The notes under the pieces are model-generated. The model made no database searches. It was not told where the DNA came from and saw only the letters and a program-made list of their open reading frames with translations. DNA of 64,000 nucleotides from Phoronis australis (lineage: Eukaryota > Animalia > Phoronida): the NCBI GenBank assembly GCA_002633005.1, contig NMRA01000262.1:322298-386297 (forward strand). The letters run 5' to 3'. The position numbers and the translations under genes were made by a program. Below, piece by piece: positions 30,101 to 44,800 of the stretch (position 1 is the stretch's first letter; every line of letters starts with the position of its first letter).

Positions 30101-33100
30101 TTGAAACTAGATGTTTTACGACTTTTCACAAAGTTTGAACTTTTCCAATGTCTAATTTTTAATTGGAAAAATAACTTTTACACAAGTAGGTAGTCTGATG
30201 ACTACGGGGCTCTTCTGGAGGCACTTACTAAATGTTCACACAATTATTGCTACTAATGCCAACAGACGGGGCTTTGAGGCTTTTCTTGTACCCGCATCAA
30301 ATATCAAGATTCTTTTCGATTTATAAACTGAAAAGTCTATCAGATTTGAATTATATCCATTTTATTCACCAAACTTGGGTCCAGCAACTTTAAGTATGAT
30401 TGTGATAGCTGAGTAGAAGCATGCCATGGATGGTTTCTTAAGATGTGGACGACACATTGTTTATGCAATAAGTCGCATGCGGTTCATTAAAGACATTTCT
30501 TTTCCTTTGTTTGCTGCTAAGTTTAATTCATTGAACAAGTCTTACCAACTAAAAGTTGTCACAAAAGTGAGAACATTTTGTAAAATGGAGTCCTGAGTTC
30601 TTTGCATTTTAACTAAGTTGATTTGCCTTGATATTAATTTTGGTTTGGGTTATTTTTTTAAGCTGAAATCAAAAGAAAAAGTTTGGAGGTGATTTCTGTA
30701 GCCACGTATACAAAAGCTTTTTATCCAGGTAGTCACACCTGCCAACTCATTGGGCTCTTATTTGCATCTTGTATTTCAAATTTGTCTATTCTACATTTGG
30801 TACTGCCATTCTTCACTAAATAAAATAACCAAAATCCCATTTTACAAAGGCTGTCTACTTTGCTCCAAATAGTGTCAGCTTAATAAAATATCCTCACAAC
30901 ATGAAACACATAATCAACTAAAACCGTTCAATCTTTTTGAGAAATTTGATAAAATAAAAATTTCACATGACAATAACAGAGGATCTTTTTATTTTCAATC
31001 CTTGAAATTTTTCAGAGAATTGATTTCACATGACTCTGTTCTTATATGTTCTTGTTTCAGTTGCCCTTGGGGTTTCTGTTTCATATGTTTCCACTTTAAT
31101 TACAATAAATCTGCTGGGCACAACTTTTTGGAAAAAGGAACACTTTTTATCATCAGGTGCACCCAAAGGGTCACAGGTTCAAACATGGTCAAGAATATCC
31201 CTGATCATGTATTCACCATGTTTACACATCGTGACTTTTATTTTCCGTTCTGTAAATATAGGGACCCCATGATGACCTTTCAAGTACTTTCCACGTTTGT
31301 CTACTCAATATTTTATTAAGCTTTACGCAAAAAACTTGCTGTGACATTTGTGGTTCATATTGTGTATTCAAACTGCAGTATTATCACGACTCAGATGGCC
31401 GACGTATTTAATGAGACTCTTTGCGCCACCTATTGGCAAACACTGCAGCTTCCTTCATAGCCTATCTGTCTTTATCAAATACCAACTTTCGTGTAAGATG
31501 GCACAGTTTCCATATAACCGTGTTCTGCATGCAAGACCAGCATTTATGTGTGAATTATTAAACTAATACCTGGAAGATTGCTGATGCCTATTGCCTTTCA
31601 AAGAATATTTCCATTCATGTGCATACTGTTGTCTCTGTTACCCTGGCCAGGAGGCCATTAATGAGGTATTCTGGTGCACTTTTGTTTGAGTGATTTGTTT
31701 ATAATTTTAAATACCTTTGAGTAATTTAGTAACTGTGTTGTTGCTGTAAATCAACAATTATTTCTGGGTTTGCTTATGGGAGTAATTATTTGTGGATTTG
31801 TGTTTGATTGGCCATTGTTGATTCCAATTTAGATGGTGACAAATCCCAATCTAACCTCTTTGTACACTTGCTATGTTTTGCACTTTTCCACTAATGATAT
31901 GTTTTAAAACCATTAATTAAAATTTCACATACACTAGATTTTGTGACTACAGTTTGATCTACTCGCTTCTTGATTAGTGTATAATTGTAAAGTTCCATGT
32001 CAAGCAAAATTAAAAATCTGGATAAATCATGTTAGCTGTGGTGGATCAGTCTGATGAAGCAATCACAGGCATGCTACTTAGCCATGTTAAAAACCCAAAA
32101 CAAAGGGTTTCACCACAAAAAATATCTTAATAGTGCAATGATTTTCAGACGTGGCCTTGCGTGGGGCTTTCAAAAAATGTTCTCACCAGTCTATTTGGCT
32201 GATGTGGTTAATAAACTTTTCTTTCTCATTTCTCTAAATTATTCCCATCGTTGCCTTTTGAAAGCAATTTGTTTCATATTTATGAGACTACAAAGTTCGC
32301 CATGCAACCTTCCATAAAATACAACAGCTGATTTTCATTGCAAATGTTAAATGCAATTTAACTTAAGTGTCAAAAAGGTTTGAGTATTTGTGAAAGGGTT
32401 TAGCTAATAAGTGTGTTCATTTCCTGTTGTAGATGTACACCGTCATGATGAAACAAAAAAAACTGAATGAGTTTCTGCTGAATGTCACCAAGTAAGTCTG
32501 ATTTTGATGGTGTGCTCATGTAAAAACTACAAGTTGACCATACAGTGAGCAGCAGCAGCGGAGGGGATTTATAGCCCTGATGGAGGGAGAGCGCTAATTA
32601 ACAGAGGGATAGTAACAAAAGTGATACTTAGATGATGGGTGGTGAACAATGCACTTTTGTTAGACCTATTATTACCGTTAGACCTATTATTACCGTTAGA
32701 CCTATTATTACCGTTAGACCTATTATTACCGTTAGACCTATTATTACCGTTAGACCTATTATTACTGTTACTTAATTACTGCGCATTATTATCACCATAA
32801 CTGTGATTTCACAACATCTATTTTTGAAGGTATCCGAAGATGCTGCCTTCAAATATTATTTAAGATTGTGCATGTGGTCTTACGTATGTTTTTCTAAAGA
32901 ACAATAATGAAAATATTGTACTCACGTGCCTTATGTTATGTGGTCTCGCTCAAAAGAATCTATGATACGTAAAGAAATGTAGTAATGTGTGTGTGTGAAT
33001 GGTATCATACAGTGAACTATTGGTAACGTGCATATATGGATTGTTCTAAACTCCCTCGACCCTCTCAACCCACAACCCCCATGACCCACATCCCCCATGA

Positions 33101-36100
33101 CCCACAACCCTCTTGACCCACAACCTGTAGCAATAGATATATCTTTGCGCTTTTATACATGTTTCATAATCATATTATGTAGCTGAATGACTTTCCCATG
33201 AGACTTACCTACACGCAAACCTGCTCTGGCTGAAGTCTGGTGGTTAAAAAACAGAAAGTTATGTATAACATCACCTGAAATAGCAAATGGTGAGGGTGCT
33301 ACCATTGTCAAGTAAATAGTTCCATGAGTGGCTAACAATGGCCATGCAGTTTTACTAAACTTAGGGAGAACATGACGGGATATAATTTCACGTTTTTATT
33401 ATTTGCTTTCTGTTGTATATTCGTTTACAATATAGTCCATGTACCATTGAGTTAATTTTAGTTAACAGTTTTTTCAAACTAGTTACTGAAGAAATTACAT
33501 ATTTGCCATTTTCTCACATTCTCCCCCAAAAACTTGAATCTGCCATTCACTGAGGAGCAGATGAGAGGATTACACTTTGCTGGAAACGACATTTGTAACA
33601 ATGATAGGACTTTGATTTGATTTGGCTGCGTTGTTTTTTTTTTCTGTTTTTGGCTTTCAAACTTGCCGAATCGACTCTTAATTGCAGGGAAAAACCAATG
33701 GAGCTCACGGCCCGACTCGTTGGTCCTGCAAGTCAGCACTTGTTCTATGTTCAAACAGAGTCAAGCTTGTGTAGACTGGGCCAAGGGGGTTGTGGGCTGG
33801 GGGTCGAGGGGGTCATGGGTCAAGGGGGTTGTGGGTTGAGGGGTCGTGGGGTGTGGGGATCAAGTGGGTTTTAGTTCAATCCTGCATTTATCAACAATCA
33901 CTGCTTACACATGACCAGTGCAACTTTTTGACATGAATTCTGTTTTAGGTCCATATTCCAAGACATAGTCAGCATGGACACACTTATTATGAAAATTATG
34001 GTAAGTGAACATTTAGTCCAGACTATCAAATAAGTATTTCTTAAGTTTGAATTAAACAATGTGAATTGGGATGACTGGACATTAACCCACCTTTCATCAC
34101 AAGCAACATATACGCAGCTTTCAACACAAGAAACATTTTTTGTCTTTAACCACTCACTGTCATCATGGTGTTTAATTGTTTCTTAGTCAAAATAGGTGTG
34201 ACTTGGGCTTCAAACAATCTGACTGTTTGTCATTGCTAAAGACCATTCTGTATAATTTGGTTTGTCACGGCTTGCCATTTTATTCATCACACATGGTCTC
34301 AAGGGATAACAAACTGTTAGTTCTTTGTAAGACCTATATAAACTCATTTGAGTAAGTCAAGTCAAGACCATTTCTATAGTGGAAAGCAAGCCTATGAATG
34401 ATTTGTCAGAGTTGGAAACAAGATGGTGCTTGCTATATAACTGCAAGTTGCATATGTTTGTTATTATGTCATGATTTTTCCATAATTTGGTAACAAGCGG
34501 GTTACAAAAAGCCATACCCATTGTTGTTATGTTTACTTTTGTGGTGAGGGGCAAAATTTTTTTTATTGTTTCTTCTTTAGAAACTGGATGAATGTTTATA
34601 AAGTATTACGGCTCTATAAGTTTAATGGTAACAGGATGCCTTATTGTTAAATAACCTTTAAAATAAGTAGTAGACCCATAAACCTAATATTTTTAAAGTA
34701 ATTAATGATCACAGAATCTTGTGAATGAAATCAATGCCTAGTGATGATTGAAATATCATAATTGCGTTTTTTTTCTAAACCACTTTCCATGGGGATTGCC
34801 AAATTTTTTGCAATCACCCTCTTTCACCGGAAACTTGCAAAGTCCGTTTCTGTACTTAGAATTGATGTTTGTGGAAATAATATGACAATCTCCGTGAAAA
34901 GTAGATTATTTAAGAAACCCAATCACATCATTGTAAACTTGTGGGTATTATTCTAGTGCACGTGAAAAGACTCTTGATCAAGTGGATTTTTAAAATATAT
35001 ACTTGTGTGGAGCTACTACTATTAATATGTAGTCATTTCTTGGTAATGAGGTTGTATAGTTGTTGGTAGAGTTCTTGGTAATGAGGTTGTATAGTTGTTG
35101 GTAGAGTTCTTGGTAATGAGGTGGTATAGTTGTTGGTAGAGTTCTTGGTAATGAGGTTGTATAGTTGTTGGTAGAGTTCTTGCTCAATGTTGAAATATAT
35201 CAAATGGTCTTCATAGTCCTTTAAAGGTATTTAAGGGCTTGTTATCTTGAAAGTGTTTTAGTCATTTTGGCAGATTTTACCATCTCCAAAAAGTATTTTC
35301 AACCTCCTTAGTTGATTTTTATTAAAACGATATTATTAATAATAATTATTCAAATTGCAAGTGGGATGCTCTATGCAATGCAAAGACTGTGTGTCAGATT
35401 GTGGTTGAATTGTTGAATTAGTTTTATTTCCTACTCTGTTATCTTTGCTTATTGACAAATGGTTATTCTGGGGTTATGTGGATATTTTGATTAAAGTTAA
35501 AATGTATCAGAATAGAGAAGCAACAAAACGCTCCTTACTTAAGTCAGGACCTTTCTTAAGTCACCTTACTTAAGTCACCTTACTTAAGTCAGGTGACAGG
35601 TGAACTCACTGCATCAATCTTCTTCTTGTCATTTTCATTAATTTCATGTTTATTGACATCCGCTAAAGATTCAAAATTTGTTTTGTAGCAATTAAACTGT
35701 GCCAAATTTAATACAAAATGCCTTTGAAAAAGGTAACGTTTATGTGATATGAGTGAGAAATGCATAGTGCAGCAATAACACCATTGACATGTCTTCATAT
35801 TTCAACATAGAATTTTGCCCAAAAACTGGTGAATGCTGATCGGGCTTCCCTGTTTCTCTTGGATAACTCGACAAATGAGCTATTTGCACGGATATTTGAT
35901 GTGGGCAATGGGATTGCCCAGAGTGGAGATGACCAAGAAATAAGGTTCAATAGCATGCTCTCGTGTATACCTTCCTACACTCAGTACACTTGCCAAGCCT
36001 AACAACTAAGACAGAAATTGGCTTCCAATTTTAGCAATACAAGAAGCTGTCGCCTCATTTTCTCGAAAGTTCTTCTGAAACTCATCTTTTCCCACAAATA

Positions 36101-38854
36101 TGTTACAATTCCAGTTTTACCTCTGGCTCAGATACCATCTGAGCTTCAGGCTAACAAGACAAATTAAAATCATGCTCAGACTTTGTTAATGGTGAATGCA
36201 GTTGAAGATTGAACACCTTTTCAAAAGGTTGGCAAGTGTGTGTTTGTTGTATTGACCATCTGTCTGCACACACAGGGTCAATGCACATCAGTGTCATGAT
36301 TGTATTATTTTGACCCTACAGCCCACACCCTCATTGTTTTGGTAGTCATGACAACTCATCAGATGGGGCAAATGATGCTTGTTATCCTCCTGCAGATTAA
36401 GAGCCCACATGCACGTTTGTGCTTGTATGCCATTATATGCCATAAAGAATTTTTTCTTCAAGAATTATGATAAAGCAGAATTCAAAATTTAGTTGAGAAA
36501 ATCATGGGCCCATTAGGAACGCTCCGTAGGATTGAAGAATGAGTAGCCTCAAAGTAAAATGTGGGAATGATCAAATATTTGCAGAAAACGACAATAACTG
36601 CAGTGAATTGGGAAGAGCTTAATCCAACGGTTTTGAGCTGACAATGAGTATAAGGTGTGAACTACTGCACAAATTTTGCATCACAAAAATATGATGAATT
36701 TTGAATTGAAGTAAAAGTACTGATCTCCATAGCACCAGATAGCAGCAATAGTCAACAATCCCATATGATCAGAGCACATTGTGTTGTAAAAAAGTCTCGA
36801 TGTTATGCTTTGTGAAAACATGCCGCTATCAATCAGACCTCTTACCCCCCAAATTATTATTGTTTGTTTGTATGTTTTCAACAGAATTTTGCCAAAAAGT
36901 TAGTACATGCCGACAGAGCATCATTGTTCTTGGTGGATAAGCTAACAAGGGAACTCTATGCCAGAATATTTGATACCGGAAAACTGACCGATGAGTCGCA
37001 CAGTCCCAGTACTGAGCGCGAGATAAGGTTTGGCATCTTAGTGAATTTCTGCTTTCACTCTCAGTAATGTTTCCTACTTGGCTGATTTGTTTTATTGTAC
37101 CAACTATAAGTTTCCTCTTGATAACAAACCTACATTGTAACAATCCATTTCAACAGCACTGTGTGCTCTTAAATGCGCTGTGGTGGAAAATAAGCTTATT
37201 ATTTTAAACCTATGACTGTCTTTTGCTCCCATGTCTTTTGTTGTACTTGTGGCCTGCTTTAGTGATTTTCCTTTTTGTTGTTGTTGTTGTAGTGATGTTC
37301 TTTTTGCTTGCTCACTGCATTTTTTATTCGTTTGTAGTCAGGTAAGTGTAGTCTGAGTACTTTAAATATGACAAAATTTGTTTTAATTATTTCTGATACA
37401 GTCTCATTGCTAGTTTTAGGTTAATTTTTGTTGCAAATTTGTCATAGCTGCCGTCACTGCAATTTGTCATAGCTGCCGTGACTGCAATTTTTTTTTGTTA
37501 ATTATTAAATCACACAATTGGCAGGCTTTGCAATGTCCATCTGTTTTTGTGTAATGCCCTTATTGTGTGGAGCCTAACTCAACAGATGGCAGTCAAATTA
37601 TGCACTGACAGTCATGTCACTGGTTTGGAGATTTGAATCTCAGTATGTCTAATCTCTGACCCATTTCTTGTGTTTTAAAAAATACTCTTTATTTGGGTCA
37701 GATATTGTAGAATACAGTTGTGTCTTTTTGAAGTTTCCTGTTGCCATGGCGAAATTCATTGGCTTCGGCTTCTGCACAAAATAATTGCCAAAGTTTCTTA
37801 TAACAGTTTTCAACAACTATTCAGTACAAACATTTATTTCTGATGAGAAAATTGAAGAAAATATGGTTGAAGTCCTCCATAATGCTTGCCAAATAGGTCG
37901 AGATGAATTTCATTTATCTAAATGATTTGAATTAAAACTTTGTTTTTTGACGTAGGGCAGGTTTATACCAGCACGAATGAAATTGTAGTTACAATACTTT
38001 AAACACTCATGGCATTTTTTATAATGTTTTTATAATGTTTATTACGAAATCTTCGATACAATGAATATTCATAACCCAGAAAGCACCAAGAGGCATTATA
38101 TCTGGGTTAAAAAAGTACAAAGAAATCTATATACAATTATTTTACACAAAATAAGAAATCTATATACAATTATTTTACACAAATACATAAATTAAAAAAA
38201 AAACTGTTGTTAAGATTACAATGACACATGGTTACGAAAGTAAATAAATCATTTTCATACACATGTACACAATTCTATCCACTCACACAAAGAGATTTAA
38301 TATTATAAAGAAATTTCATGGCTATTCCTGGTTCATTATTTACAATATTCCACATGTAGCCTGTATGATTATCACTGGATTCAGTCGGATAACATGGATT
38401 TCATTCTATGCAACAAGTGATATTAATTCTCTGAGCATAGTCACTCATGGCTACTTTGTGTGCATTCAGATAAGGAAGGGTATATATTTAAGACTTACCT
38501 GTGACTTGTCCATGTAGGTTTCCTATGGATAAGGGTGTGGCAGGGTACGTGGCCTCTACTGGCGCTATACTCAACATACCTGATGCCTACGCTGATGACA
38601 GGTTTAACAGGTATGCAGCTGTTATCTATATAAAAAAATTCCAATATATTTTAATATTATCAACCTTTAAGAAAATAGCATGTGTATTTTTGTCAAGGAT
38701 GTCCATAAGAATTTCAATAACATATTGCAAAATGTTCGCCTGAGGCTATATGGAGTTGACAGCCGGAGTACGCTTTGAAGTTTTTAACACTGCCAAAGCA
38801 ACGTATGCAAGGTTGAGGAAAATCAGCATCTTGGAAATGTTTTTATGCACCCAC

Positions 38855-38885
<31 letters not shown>

Positions 38886-41800
38886 GGAGAGTGTGTGTTT
38901 GTCACATTTTTCCCTGTGTGTGGGTGGGCGCAGGTGGTTACCAATCGTTTCTAATTGCTGTCGGTACAACGATAGCTTGAAGACTGGTTCGTTCACAAGC
39001 CTACTCAAAACGTCCGAAGTAATGTCTGTTTTATGCTCCAGCCAGTGTGTTCGTATGTTGTCATTTTGTCCAGGCATCAGTGTCTGCTCGAAATCTCAAA
39101 ACCACCTTGTCGAATTTTAATTAAATTCGGCACAAGGGTGCGTGGGCTTCACTAGAATGGTGCGTGCCACTTTTTAATCTGCTCCGCTTCCTGGGGTCAG
39201 TCAGGGGCGTGGCTTTTGCTGTATTGTTGGGAAGAGCGTTTCTGGATAGTACCTAGAGAACGGCTCTATGGATTTCAATGAAACTTGAAAGAAAGGTGTT
39301 TTATATCAATACACTATCACACTTAAATTTTCAGGTGGATTTAATCACTGCAGCACCTCCTAGTGGTCATTTTGTTCTTGGTGGCGGGTTCTTTCAAGTG
39401 TTGTTTTGGGGGCCAAATGATATCTAAAGAACTGATTGACTGGTTTCATTGGAAATTAAGACACAGGGGTATATGATGAGGTTGCACTGGCACCATTGCA
39501 TTTTTTGGCGGATTAGACAACTGCGGCACCTCATAGTTTTGGCTTTTTTGCTTCAGAGAGTTTCCAGATGTTATGTAGAAAACTGAGTGAAGGATTAATT
39601 TCAATTGAAGTGTTGTGGCAAAGGTATGTGTTGTCAATGTGCCAGCGCCATCAAATTTTCGTGTGCATCTGACATCCGTCAACACGTACCTTCTAAGGGC
39701 CATTTTATTCTTGACAAGGACTTTTCATGTGCTTCTTTGGACGGGAAGAGCATTTCCGGATGATATCAAGAGAACCGATTGACAGATTTCAATGACACTT
39801 GACATAGTGGTATATCATGAAAATGCGCCAGGACCATTTGACATTGGGGTGGATTTGATGACTGCAGTGCCTCCTAGTAGCCATTTTGTGTGAGAGCATT
39901 TTGAGATGTGTAGAGAACAGATTGAAAGATTTCAATGAATGTTGACATAGAGGTATTTGATGTCAATGTTCTTGCACCATTAAATTTTCAGGCAAATTTG
40001 ACATCTGTAGCCTCTCCTGGTGGCCATTTAGTTTTTAAAAATATGGTGGTTTTTAATTATTGTTTGGGGAAGAGCATTTCTGGGTGATATCTAAAAACAG
40101 GTTGACACAGAGGTAGAATATGAGATTGTGTCAGTATCATTTAAATGTTGGGCCAATTCAGCAACTGCAGCACCTCCTTGTGTCCATTTTGTGTGAGAGG
40201 ATTTTCAAGTATTGTTTGGGGAAGAGGGTTTCCGGAAGATATCAAGGGAACCTAAGTGGCAGACTTTGATAAAACTTAAGACATAGGTATTATGATGCCA
40301 ATGTGCCGGCACCATTTGATTTTCGAAAGCATTTGACCACTGCAGCACCTGGAAGTGGCTATTTTGTGGAAGATAACTTCCAGATGTTATTTCTTGAACC
40401 AATTGATGGAACTTGACACAGAGGTTGATTTCAAAGCGTTACTCCATTAAATTTTTGTGTGGATTTGACCACTGCAATACCTCCTAGTGGTCATTTTGTT
40501 CTCAAGTGGTTCTCACGTATTGTTGGGGGAAATGAGTGAGTTCTAGATGATATCAAAAACCAATTGAATGATGTCAACAAAACTTGACACAACTATGTAT
40601 GATGTCAACAAAACTTGACACAACTGTGTATGATGTCAATGCACTGGATCCTTCATTTTCGGAGTGTCAATTCGTCCACTGCAGCATCATGACTTTTAAG
40701 GAGCTTTTCAAGTTTTGATTGGGGAAGAGTGTTTCTGGATGGTATCTAGAGAGCTGATTGATGAATTTCAATGAAACTATTACAAAGTTATATATGATGA
40801 CCATGTGCTGGCATCATTTTTGTTTTCCACAAGAGGTAACTTTCAAGTGTTGGTTAGGGGAAGAGCTTTTTGTATTATATCTGGAGAATTGATTGACAGA
40901 TTTCAACGAAACTTGACTCACTGGTACATTATGATAATGCACCAGTGCCATGTGATTGCCGGGCTAATTCATTTACTGCAGCACCTCCTAGTGGCCTTTA
41001 GAACATATCATACACTATGCAACATGGGGGCATTGATATGCCTCCATGTTGCATAGTGTATTATACTCTTGTTATAGAAACTGTGAGGGTCTGCCAAAAC
41101 AATGTGCTTTGAAATGCTTTTGAACATGTCACTTACTATGGACAATCCCTTAATGAAATACCATAGTTGATTTAAACTTCTCAGAAACAAGTCGTCATGG
41201 TGGATAAACTTAAACAAGCAGAGTTATTAACCTTAAAACTGCATGTATGTAACAGCAAATCAAGTTAATATTAATGGTACTTGTGATGGCTATGATTCGA
41301 TTAAAATGTAGACTGTGATTTATTGTTTGCCATTGTCTAATTTTTCATACACAATTTATGTATTTGCAGAGATGTTGACCTTCAAACGGGCTACACAACA
41401 AGAACAATACTCTGCATGCCTATCTACATCAGGGGAAAGTAAGTAAATATTTAATACTTAAGATATTTTGTATTCATTCAAATTTTTATTGGCCCACATA
41501 TTTGTAAGTGGGTGCATTATGTCATCATTATGTCATCATTCCTGTCCATCCATCCCGCGTCCACTGCTCTATCTCCAAAACCATAGCGGATGGGCATGAG
41601 CTGTCTTACAACATCTCTTGTGGTGCTTTTTATTGCCCATCTTACCAGAGATTACCTATTATACGTTATTTACCTGTATTCATTATATTGTAATTGTATT
41701 AGTCATAATAAATGACCTTATATCCCCTACCTCGGTTTCCTTTTCATCTCTGGTAACGAGCTTGCGACGCACGTATCATTTATCTTTATTCGGGACATAT

Positions 41801-44800
41801 GTTGATCATATTAATTGCTTTCATGGATGGAATGGCATGGCCAAACTTTTGGATGTACTTCCCTACCAGTGTGCCCCCTTGTGGCAATTTTTTACATTGA
41901 TCTCTGTATCTTCAAAGGTCTTTAATGGATTTTCATAATATTTGGCATATAAGCATCTACTATCTTGCTGTTTTTGGATGAATTTAGGTATTTTGTCCCA
42001 CCTAGTGGCCATTTTTACTGTTTTCAAGTCCAGCCTTCTGCCAACCAAACCACTCTAAAAATGCTTCAGAAAATTGGCATATAAATTCTTACTGTAAAGA
42101 GGACTGCTGACGATGATTTTCCAGCGACTTCAACTGCTGTGTCAGGTTTTTTTTTACACCCATGGCTGTATCTCCAAAGCCCTCTGCAAGATCTTGAATA
42201 AATTTAGCAAGTGTATTTATATGAAATTGACAATGGATGACAACGATTTTTGGAGGAATCCGAGTTGTAACTGGTGTACTCCCTTTTAAGTGGCAATTTA
42301 ATTTTTTTATGTTTACCTCAGTCTATATCTTCAAAGGCCCTCAATGGATTTTCATAAAATTTGGCAAATAAGCATCTTCTAGTGAAGTGACGCTATTTTT
42401 CTGTTTTCATATGGATTCGAGGTATTTTGCACTACCTAGTGGTGTTTTTCACTGTTTTCAAGTTTGTTTTTGGCACCCACTCTTCTGTCAACCAAACCAC
42501 TCTAAGGATGATTGTGAAAATTGACATATATGTTCTTACGGTGAAGACAATGGCTGATGATGATTTTTCGACAAATTTGACTACTGTGGCGCCTCCTAGT
42601 GGCAGCTATGGTTTTTGGCTGTATCTCTTAAGCCCTCCACAGGATCTTTATTAAATTTAGCACGTGTATTTTCATGTGAGTAACAAGGGACGATGATGAT
42701 GACTTTCAGACGTATCCCATGAATGGTGGGCTAATTTCATTTTCTTTCTGTTTTTCTCTGTTTCTCTGAAGTTCCTTGCCGGTTTTTCTTGAAATCTGGT
42801 AAACAACTTTCTATTAAAGAAGCAATGACATGTTCCCGTGTTTTGCATGGATTTGACATATTTCGTGACATCTAGTGGCTATTTTTAATGTTTTCTAGTC
42901 TGTTTGTGGTGTCCGCCCCTCTACCAACCAAACCAACCTAAGGATGATTTTAAAAATTGGCATTTATGTTTTTACTGTGAAGAAGACGGTTGTTTGCATG
43001 GCTATCTCCCAAACCCTCTGCGGGATCTATATTTAATTCGGCAAGTGTATTTATACGAAGTTGAAAACGGCAAATTGAATGGATCCAAGTACCGCTGCAC
43101 CCCCTAATGGCAATTTTATTTTTTCATTACTTCCTTATCTTTGATATATTCTGCGCCACTTGGTTGTCATTTAAAAAATGTTTGAGTGTGTTTTTCATCC
43201 TTTCCATACACCAAACCGCTTGAATGCTTATAGTAAAATTTGGAGATGTGTTCTTGATCAGAAGGTTGAGGCTAACGCTCAGGGTTTTCGAACGTGTTCA
43301 ACTACTTTAGCCCACGAAGTGACAACTTTGCTTTTCTTGCGTGCGCGGCTGTATCTCCTTTACCCTTTACAGGATCTTTCTGAAACTTAGCAGATGTGCT
43401 AATTTTAGGCTAATTTTAGACTAATAGAGCTGTGCTCCCTAGTAGCAATTTTATTACTTGGCGGAATTCTTCGAATTCCGACAAGTATGTTGCTCTGTCG
43501 TCAAGTTTTTTTTTGTTCGCACTGTACAGGTCGCAATTTTCGTCGGATTCTCACGAAATTTGCACACGACGTGTAGATTGGAAAGTCCTGGAAGCCTATT
43601 GTTTTTGGTCATGATCAAATTCAAAAAAGGCGGACATGGCGGCCATTCTGTTTCCGATTTCAGAGTCAAATGCTCATAGAGGCCGCATTTTTCGACGTAC
43701 AGGGCTGAAACGTGGTACGATTATTATAGAACACATGTGCTACAACTGTGCCGAAAATCGTTGACTTCCAGTCAAAGATGGCGGAAATATTGGAAGTGGC
43801 GCATGCACCCCTCGATATCTGGCCGAAAACGTTTTCTCCTGTAGAGGGCGCATTGGCGAACCAATCACTTTCAAACTGGTCACGTGTTTGTTGCTTTTAA
43901 TCGGCTTTTATAAAATTTTGTTTAACCGGAAGTCACTTTCAAGATGGCGGCTGTGGCGCATTTTCACCCATTTTCAATTGTTCTGCTCTCGCATTTTTAA
44001 TGGGAAGAGCAAATGATGTGAATTTTTGCATGTTGATTCCTTGAAGTATGCTCTTTCAAACGTTCTGCGGTAACGTTTTTTCAGACTTACCGTTTTCGAG
44101 TTATTATACTGAATTTCAAAAAAACCCGCAAAATTTCAATTTTTTCGAAAAAATTATAGAATGTTGCGGAAATATCAATTTAGATAAAGTTTGGAACGGG
44201 CTTTCAGGAGAAGTTTTCCATTTTTCACTAGGACGTCTACTTTTTGTATTATTTGAGATTTTCTGATATCGCTGTTCCTTTGTTGAGCGCTCTAACTGCA
44301 TTGATGTTGGTTTAGTTTATTTGAACAAGACTGTAGTTTATTTCTTACTAATTTATGACATCTAAGTTCGTTGTATGAATGTTATGATGTTGTTCATCAT
44401 TGCCACCTTCATCATCGCAGTCATTGGCGTTAATTTTGCCTATTGTCGCTCAAGTCTGTAGGTAAGCACTGAACAGCCAGGCCGCGGCTACGGAGCATTT
44501 TCTAGTCCCTAGAATTTATGTTGAGGGCGTGTGTCAGGTTTGGCGGGTGGTTTGAGGAAATTGTTGACAATTGCCAAGAAACTTATTTACTTGTGTTTTT
44601 GAATGAGAAAAGCCAAGTTTTACCTACTTTTGATGCAAACTGGTGGCTGTCATTTGCTATCAACCCTTGTCGTCTGCTGTCCGAGAAAGCGGGTGCGATT
44701 TCAGGTGGCTGTCAGACAGATTAAATTTGCCAAAAAAGTAAATGGTAAGAGGCTTACTATTACCACATAGTTAGAATCTAGTGAGGACGAGCATTCTGAA

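Noticed and set aside
35811-37027. Exon pairs as haplotype or assembly duplication artefacts
   Set aside because: Copies are heavily diverged at synonymous sites and their flanking introns are unrelated, unlike a false duplication. The same holds for 57192-57303 versus 60826-60937.
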